A stretch of DNA of 32,000 nucleotides, from assembly GCF_018336915.1 (NCBI RefSeq), contig NZ_CP064923.1, forward strand, positions 4,620,001-4,652,000, read 5' to 3'. The DNA is from Acaryochloris marina S15 (GTDB taxonomy: Bacteria; Cyanobacteriota; Cyanobacteriia; Thermosynechococcales; Thermosynechococcaceae). Shown piece by piece: positions 26,217 to 32,000 of this stretch. Position numbers and translations under genes: made by a program. How positions within the stretch are numbered: the stretch's first letter is position 1; each line of letters opens with the position of its first letter. The notes beneath the pieces are model-generated. The model was not told the origin of the DNA. It saw only the letters and a program-made list of their open reading frames with translations, and ran no database searches.

Positions 26217-26909
26217 ATGGCCGAAACACCCCTACAGCGACCCACTACAACCGTTGTCTTGGCGATGAGTGCAGACGGCAAAATTGCCGATGCCCAACAT
26301 TCTCCCCCTGAGTTTGGGTCTGCTGAAGATTATGCCCATTTAGAGCGACAGGTTGCGGCGGCTGATGGCATACTTTTTGGATCGGCCACCCTCAAAGCGG
26401 GGGAAACCGCTATGCGAGTGGTGACCCAAGATCTCATTAATGCTCGATTAGATCGGGGCCAGCCTGAACAACCAGCCCAAATTGTCTGTACGCGTTCGGG
26501 GGATTTAGACCCCAACCTCAGATTCTTCCAACAAGCCGTTCCCCATTGGCTAGTCACCACCCAAGCGGGTGGGCAGTCCTGGCAAGAAAAATCCCATTTC
26601 GAGCAAATTTTCACTTATGAAACAGCTACCCAATCCATCGATTGGGCTCAGGCACTTGCAGCAATGGCCGCATTAGGAATTCGCAACATAGCAGTCCTTG
26701 GAGGAGGCCAAATTGTGGCAGCCCTGTTAGCAGAAGATTTAATTGATGAGCTTCACCTAACTGTTTGCCCGATCTTGCTTGGGGGGAAATCAACCCCCAC
26801 CCCTGTCGCTGGCAAAGGCTGGCTACAACAAGATGCACCTTGGCTAGAGCTGCTTTCCGTTAAGCAAGTTGAGAACGAGTTATTTTTGCACTATCGTCGC
26901 CGTCGTTAG
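26217..26909 (+). CDS. RibD C-terminal-domain reductase (riboflavin pyrimidine reductase / DHFR-like family)
   Basis: The sequence reads TTVVLAMSADGKIAD...GSATL...NIAVLGGGQIVAALLAEDLIDELHLTVCPILLGG. The track start at 26187 is a TTG, so I prefer the ATG at 26217. Confidence 0.75.
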   Translation: MAETPLQRPTTTVVLAMSADGKIADAQHSPPEFGSAEDYAHLERQVAAADGILFGSATLKAGETAMRVVTQDLINARLDRGQPEQPAQIVCTRSGDLDPNLRFFQQAVPHWLVTTQAGGQSWQEKSHFEQIFTYETATQSIDWAQALAAMAALGIRNIAVLGGGQIVAALLAEDLIDELHLTVCPILLGGKSTPTPVAGKGWLQQDAPWLELLSVKQVENELFLHYRRRR

Positions 26910-26957
26910 CAAGCATTGACTAGAGCAATACTCTTAGTCTGGGTTTGCTAACTGCTA

Positions 26958-27287
26958 TTACTCTGAATCAGACTCGTCTTCGTCTGATTCAGCAGCAGCG
27001 GGACCTTCATGCTTAAGGGTCAGATAGCGAATCACCTGTTCACTAATGCGCATTTCGCGTTCTAATTTTGCGATCGCATGTCCCAGACCGTTGTAGTTCA
27101 TCTGGATATAGACGCCTTCACGGAAATTTTGGATCTCATAGGCCAACCGACGCTTGCCCCGGTGTTGAGTATCAATTTCCTCAACCCCTTGTTCTTTCAG
27201 CAGGTCTTGATACTTATTAATCGCCTGATCCAACTGCTCTTCGCCTAAGTCTGGGCGCAGAATATACATCGTCTCGTAAGCAGTCAT
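26958..27287 (-). CDS. rpsF: 30S ribosomal protein bS6
   Basis: The 109-aa product starts [18 protein letters not shown] and has an acidic C-terminal tail. AAGGAG lies upstream of the ATG. Confidence 0.95.
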   Translation of the reverse strand: MTAYETMYILRPDLGEEQLDQAINKYQDLLKEQGVEEIDTQHRGKRRLAYEIQNFREGVYIQMNYNGLGHAIAKLEREMRISEQVIRYLTLKHEGPAAAESDEDESDSE

Positions 27288-27458
27288 GAAATTTTCTCCT
27301 TATGGGCTTGAGGCTTCTTGTACACAGGTTTATATCTGCAGTGCATTGATCACGTACAGTTCAGATGCGTAAGAAGCAAGGATCTAGGATTCTAGCATTT
27401 AATGCCTGGCACGATACACTCTCTGTCCCCCTTCATCCAAGAAGCAATCAGAGAATAA

Positions 27459-28289
27459 CTAATCGGCAGAAAGGTTTAAGTCAGTGGTGATAGACCTAAA
27501 GCTAGGCCTTGCAAAATAATAGCCTTGAAATAGCTGAATATCCATTTGCTTGAGAATATTCAATTCTGCGTCAGTTTCAACCCCTTCTGCAATGGGTTCA
27601 ATGGCTAACTCCCGACAGACTTGAATAATCCCTCTGACAATGGCTTGACGACCTTTATCTTGGTCAATATTGCGAATCAAAGCCATATCCAGCTTAATGA
27701 AATCTGGCTTAAAATCAGCGAGAAAATTCAAGCCAGAATAGCCAGCTCCAAAATCATCTAATGCTGTTTTAAACCCCAGTTTTTGATAATGCTCAATAAT
27801 AGCCCGGACATGGGCATAGTCCTTAACCTTCTCAACTTCCGTTAATTCAAACAAAATTTTGTTGAGGGGGAAATTGTATTGTGTAGCCGTTTCAATGGTG
27901 GTGCGAATACAAAGATCGGGCTGATAGACTGCATTAGGGAGAAAATTGATACTGACCATTGACTGAATCCCCAACTCAGCCGCTAACTGAATCGCCCGAA
28001 CTCGACAGGCTTGATCAAAGCGATATCGACTTTCATCCGTCACCTGCCCCAGAATACTCGCCGCAGACTCATTATTAGGGCCACGCACTAGGGCTTCTTG
28101 AGCAAAAATAGTGCCATTACCCAAATTTACAATGGGTTGAAACGCCATTGTGAAGTCAAACTGCAGTTCGGGTGTACTCAGACATCCAGAACATCCCACT
28201 GACAAAGGTTCTTGATCCACCACGATAGTGTTTTTGAGACCACAGATGAAAAATTGAATCTTCCGCACATAGCGACGGCAGAAACTCAT
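27459..28289 (-). CDS. Stand-alone EAL-domain protein (c-di-GMP phosphodiesterase)
   Basis: The EAL signature set is all present: QEALVR, NFLPNA, ELTE, DDFGAGYS, KLD, EGVET and QGYYFARP. The ATG is at 28289; the track start at 28292 is a TTG. Confidence 0.85.
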   Translation of the reverse strand: MSFCRRYVRKIQFFICGLKNTIVVDQEPLSVGCSGCLSTPELQFDFTMAFQPIVNLGNGTIFAQEALVRGPNNESAASILGQVTDESRYRFDQACRVRAIQLAAELGIQSMVSINFLPNAVYQPDLCIRTTIETATQYNFPLNKILFELTEVEKVKDYAHVRAIIEHYQKLGFKTALDDFGAGYSGLNFLADFKPDFIKLDMALIRNIDQDKGRQAIVRGIIQVCRELAIEPIAEGVETDAELNILKQMDIQLFQGYYFARPSFRSITTDLNLSAD

Positions 28290-28418
28290 CAAACCTAAAT
28301 ACAGAGAATCAAAATTTCAGCTATGTGCAGATATAGCTAGTGTGCCCCAAAAGAGTGGACTTTCCACATACACACAATCCATCAATATCTCTTTCTACAG
28401 CGTTAAACCGAGAAACGA

Positions 28419-28913
28419 TTAAATCTGCATATTGACTGCATTTGAAATAGCGGGAATTTCGGCATATTGGCCTTGAACCGTTTTAAATACGCTATAGGCA
28501 AAAATAGCGAAAATACCTAAGAAGATGGTGTTGAATAGCGTTTCAGTCAACAATGCAAGCTGAAGCCCTTGGCTAATGATCGGCAATACCAAGTTGCACA
28601 CCATGAGTATGAGATCTAGCAAAATCGCTTGCAACACATTAAAGCGAATAAAACGACTAATATTTTCATTCCGAACGACGGCAAAAAACAATCCCATAAA
28701 TAGGATTAAACCTGCAAACGGAATCAGGCGGATAAATTGGGCATAAATTTGTACAAGCGGAATGATGGGCAATAGGCCAATGCTAGTCAGTGTCGGAAAC
28801 TGGCGCATAATATATTGGCCATCACCGTAGACAATTGCATCCATCAGAGGCAGTAAATAAGGCAACGCGCCAAACACTCTTTCGGACCAAGGGGTTGAAT
28901 CATCCCAACTCAT
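28419..28913 (-). CDS. Tic20/Ycf60-like membrane protein
   Basis: Four TM segments, with GALPYLLPLMDA and VRNENISRFIRFNVLQAILLDL matching the Tic20 family pattern. The ATG at 28913 is preceded by GGGAGA; the track start at 28928 is a TTG. Confidence 0.7.
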   Translation of the reverse strand: MSWDDSTPWSERVFGALPYLLPLMDAIVYGDGQYIMRQFPTLTSIGLLPIIPLVQIYAQFIRLIPFAGLILFMGLFFAVVRNENISRFIRFNVLQAILLDLILMVCNLVLPIISQGLQLALLTETLFNTIFLGIFAIFAYSVFKTVQGQYAEIPAISNAVNMQI

Positions 28914-29028
28914 TGCATTGTCTCCCAAATTATGGATTCACACCGTTTCATCAATGTAACGTATCTCCATTCCCGTTTTAGGAGATTCCACAAAAGAACT
29001 AACAATTGGCTGAAATCATTACCAGGGA

Positions 29029-29544
29029 CTAATCACGGGTTTGGGCGTAAGCCGCATCAGAAATCAAGGGCACCTCAGCATGATGTCCTCGCAGAGATTG
29101 AACCACTGAGAACACCACGATACCCAGGGTGCCTAGGAATAAAACATTGGACAGTACCATGACAAATAGTCCGCCTCCTGAAGTCGTACTACCCACAGAA
29201 CTGCCCAGAATACCTACTACCTGCAGAACCATCAAAATTATTGTCAGAGATATCCCGAGCATGATCGCCTGCATGGCGTTATAGCGAATGAGATGACGGA
29301 TACGGTTATTTCTGACGACACCAGCATACAGGCCGATAAAAACCATCAATCTGACAATTGAGAGTCCCCCACCACCAATGAGATAAATGGGTAGGAGTAA
29401 CTCGATGGGGAAAAACAACAAACGCAATGGGGGGAATTGACTAAATATAAAACTGCCAAAAGGGTAAGTATTCAACAAGGGCACTAGAAACGGTAAACAG
29501 GATAGAAGCCGCTCTTGTGTTGTTGTTGCTCCACGCAAAGCCAT
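29029..29544 (-). CDS. Tic20/Ycf60-like membrane protein (paralog)
   Basis: 171 aa with SCLPFLVPLLN and VRNNRIRHLIRYNAMQAIML. It has the same architecture as the neighbouring gene. Confidence 0.7.
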   Translation of the reverse strand: MALRGATTTQERLLSCLPFLVPLLNTYPFGSFIFSQFPPLRLLFFPIELLLPIYLIGGGGLSIVRLMVFIGLYAGVVRNNRIRHLIRYNAMQAIMLGISLTIILMVLQVVGILGSSVGSTTSGGGLFVMVLSNVLFLGTLGIVVFSVVQSLRGHHAEVPLISDAAYAQTRD

Positions 29545-29708
29545 ACAAGCCCCTTTTTTAAATGTGGATTATGGATAATCTTCACTCACTATAAGGGATA
29601 GTTCCCAATCGCCAATCACCCCTTCTGAAAAGTCTTTGACTATCCAGCAACGGAAATATGGTGGGTTTACCTGAAGCAACGGTCAGGTCTCAACCCCATA
29701 CCAACCCA

Positions 29709-29912
29709 TTACTCCACTTCAGCAACTCGAAATCCCATTTGACACCGGTATTGCTTCGGCTGCACCTCAGTCTCTGAAATCTGTTCTAATAAGTGACCAC
29801 AGCACAATCGATTCTGGTGCCATCGAGGCTGGCCCTGGCGATTGGCCAGTAAACAAGACTGGCAGACAACTTGCGGAGAGAGTAATTGATCTTCAGTTAG
29901 GATGACTAACAT
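29709..29912 (-). CDS. Hypothetical small Cys-containing protein (67 aa)
   Basis: An internal ATG at 29912 is preceded by TGGAGGTTGATA, a strong Shine-Dalgarno. The product is MLVILTEDQLLSPQVVCQSCLL...LCCGHLL...YRCQMGF. I recognise no family. Confidence 0.35.
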   Translation of the reverse strand: MLVILTEDQLLSPQVVCQSCLLANRQGQPRWHQNRLCCGHLLEQISETEVQPKQYRCQMGFRVAEVE

Positions 29913-30210
29913 TATCAACCTCCAAACACTTTGATCAGCTCTACATACCATTTTAGGCGACCCATCTAGGAGTTGTCTGCTATGGGCTATTAAGAATTAA
30001 GCAGAGGGGTTAGAAGATGCTGTCATTTCCATCAGAATCCAGTCCCCTTGAACTGAGGTGTTAAGGACGCTTATAGGCGTTAAGATAATTACTTTAAAGA
30101 TCGTTGTTATCCGTTGGGGAAGCAAGAAAAACACACAGCTAAGGACCTATTAACGTACCGATGCTGTTCGATCGTAGCTTTGTTGACACTGGAAAAGGAC
30201 AGGCTGTGCC

Positions 30211-31494
30211 ATGCAAACTAGCTTAGATATTTTGACAGAAACCGATCCTGCGATCGCAGGAATGCTACAGCAGGAATTACAGCGCCAGCGTGATCATCTA
30301 GAGCTGATTGCCAGCGAGAATTTCACCTCAGCAGCCGTCTTGGCAGCACAAGGCTCGGTCCTCACGAATAAGTATGCAGAAGGACTCCCCGGCAAGCGTT
30401 ACTACGGTGGCTGCGAATTTATTGATGCCGCTGAGCAGCTGGCCATTGATCGAGCCAAGGAATTATTTAATGCGGCCCACGTTAACGTTCAGCCTCATTC
30501 TGGCGCTCAGGCCAACTTCGCCGTTTTTCTAACCTTACTCCAGCCAGGCGATACCTTCATGGGGATGGATTTGTCCCATGGGGGTCACTTAACCCATGGA
30601 TCTCCAGTGAATGTCTCGGGCAAATGGTTCAATGTCGTCCAGTACGGCGTCGATCCAGATACCGAACAGCTCAACTACGAGACAATTCGCGAGCTGGCCC
30701 TCAAGCATCGGCCCAAAATGATTGTCTGTGGTTACTCTGCCTATCCTCGCATCATCGATTTTGAGAAATTTCGGGCGATCGCAGATGAAATCGATGCCTA
30801 CTTAATGGCAGATATTGCCCATATTGCTGGCTTGGTGGCATCCGGTCATCACCCCAATCCTTTACCCTTCTGTGACGTAGTTACGACAACCACTCACAAA
30901 ACCCTCCGAGGTCCCCGAGGCGGTCTGATCATGACCAAGGATCCTGAGCTGGGTAAAAAGTTCGATAAATCTGTCTTCCCCGGCACCCAAGGCGGCCCCC
31001 TAGAGCATGTCATTGCGGCTAAAGCAGTGGCCTTTGGTGAAGCCCTCAAGCCTGATTTCAGCGATTATTGTGGCCATGTGATTGAGAATGCCCAAACCCT
31101 AGCCAAACAACTTCAAGAACGTGGATTCAAAATCGTCTCTAACGGTACAGACAATCACCTATTACTCGTTGACTTACGGTCTATTGGCATGACGGGCAAG
31201 CAGGCCGATCAGCGGGTCAGCCAAGTTAATATCACAGCCAACAAAAACACCGTGCCCTTCGACCCAGAATCTCCCTTTGTCACGAGTGGACTCAGATTAG
31301 GATCTCCTGCCATGACCACTCGGGGGATGGGGACTGCAGAATTTACCGAGATTGCTAATATCATTGCTGATTGTCTGATAAAACCTGAGGATGCCGCCGT
31401 CACAGAAGACTGCCGCCAACGCGTTGCCAATCTCTGTGCGCGATTCCCCCTTTATCCTCATCTCACCAGCCCTGTGCCTGCTTTAACCCAGTAA
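30211..31494 (+). CDS. glyA: Serine hydroxymethyltransferase
   Basis: 427 aa with [11 protein letters not shown] and the PLP-Lys motif [15 protein letters not shown]. Confidence 0.95.
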   Translation: MQTSLDILTETDPAIAGMLQQELQRQRDHLELIASENFTSAAVLAAQGSVLTNKYAEGLPGKRYYGGCEFIDAAEQLAIDRAKELFNAAHVNVQPHSGAQANFAVFLTLLQPGDTFMGMDLSHGGHLTHGSPVNVSGKWFNVVQYGVDPDTEQLNYETIRELALKHRPKMIVCGYSAYPRIIDFEKFRAIADEIDAYLMADIAHIAGLVASGHHPNPLPFCDVVTTTTHKTLRGPRGGLIMTKDPELGKKFDKSVFPGTQGGPLEHVIAAKAVAFGEALKPDFSDYCGHVIENAQTLAKQLQERGFKIVSNGTDNHLLLVDLRSIGMTGKQADQRVSQVNITANKNTVPFDPESPFVTSGLRLGSPAMTTRGMGTAEFTEIANIIADCLIKPEDAAVTEDCRQRVANLCARFPLYPHLTSPVPALTQ

Positions 31495-31628
31495 GCATCC
31501 CCCTTGGTTTGGCAACGAGGCTTGTGTTTATCCCCGTTCCTCATGCATGATGTCATTGTGACAGTTCATTAAGACTGTTTTCTATTCTGCATGGTTTGCT
31601 CAATTTTCTTTACGTAGCAGGATCTCGG

Positions 31629-32000
31629 ATGCCTTACCATCTGGTTGCCTTTCTCGTGGCTGCCCTCGTGGTCCTCTGGAGTACACCAATCGTTAAAAGG
31701 ATTGGTTTAAAGAGTGGCTATGTAGACATGCCCGACCCCCGAAAAGTCCACAAGCGCCCCATGGTGCGTTTGGGGGGTATTTCCATCTTTATGGGGACCC
31801 AAATTGCCCTACTCATTGTTGCCATCTCCGGCGGATTTGGTGACCTACCACCCGCATCGGCCTCCGAAGTCTGGGGGGTGGTCATTGGGGGCATGCTGTA
31901 CTTCTTGATTGGCCTTGCCGATGATTTATTTACCCTAACGCCTTGGTCGCGGCTGTTAATGCAGTTTGCGGTGGCTGGAATGGCCTGGGGGGTTGGGGTC
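31629..32000 (+). CDS. Polyprenyl-phosphate N-acetylhexosamine-1-phosphate transferase (WecA/MraY family); 5' 124 codons, runs off the right edge
   Basis: My translation is MPYHLVAFLVAALVVLWSTPIVKRIGLKSGYVDMPDPRKVHKRPMVRLGGISIF...GLADDLFTL and stays open to 32000. The D-x-P-x2-RK-x-H-x2-P-x2-R-x-GG and ADD motifs are typical of this family. Confidence 0.75.
   Translation, partial: MPYHLVAFLVAALVVLWSTPIVKRIGLKSGYVDMPDPRKVHKRPMVRLGGISIFMGTQIALLIVAISGGFGDLPPASASEVWGVVIGGMLYFLIGLADDLFTLTPWSRLLMQFAVAGMAWGVGV

Noticed and set aside
29952-30210. Possible riboswitch (for example ZTP/pfl) upstream of glyA
   Set aside because: The conserved ZTP core elements (such as the CCGCCTGGGCA-type 3' segment) are absent, and I see no convincing structured motif.
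1-32000. CRISPR arrays, rRNA genes and prophage or defence-system gene sets
   Set aside because: I saw no regularly spaced direct repeats, no rRNA-like sequence, and no recognisable defence modules. The ADP-ribosylglycohydrolase at 20085-20984 has no adjacent ADP-ribosyltransferase or toxin candidate.

Overview
This 32 kb window is cyanobacterial chromosome. Evidence: the HIP1 octamer GCGATCGC occurs at least 13 times, there are Tic20/Ycf60-like genes, and glgC, glyA, rpsF and trmB provide housekeeping context. Almost every gene left of 21 kb is on the minus strand. Four blocks are present. (1) 1-7363 is a Wzx/Wzc-type exopolysaccharide locus: two GT4 glycosyltransferases, two SAM methyltransferases, a flippase and a Wzc-like co-polymerase/tyrosine kinase. 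(2) 7822-17418 is the standout, a complete and heavily tailored lasso-peptide (RiPP) gene cluster. It encodes the B1 RRE, the B2 protease, a P4H-like 2OG oxygenase, a GnT-I-like glycosyltransferase, an HPr-kinase-like kinase, a JmjC/cupin-4 oxygenase, the Asn-synthetase-like cyclase and an ABC exporter. It also holds two tandemly duplicated 46-aa precursor genes that are too short for the supplied ORF track; I found them by hand translation. (3) 17.6-21 kb holds an M20 amidohydrolase, about 500 bp of non-coding DNA, a 212-bp MITE-like insertion with clear terminal inverted repeats and a target-site duplication sitting on a start codon, a hypothetical gene and an ADP-ribosylglycohydrolase. (4) 21-32 kb is housekeeping: a tRNA (read as Arg-UCG) with its terminator, trmB, glgC, a solo TnpB (IS200/IS605-family) element, an acyltransferase, a RibD-C-like reductase, rpsF, a stand-alone EAL phosphodiesterase, two tandem Tic20-like paralogs, glyA and the 5' end of a WecA/MraY-family gene. 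No CRISPR array or rRNA was seen. All functional calls rest on motif recognition in the translations; no database search was possible.
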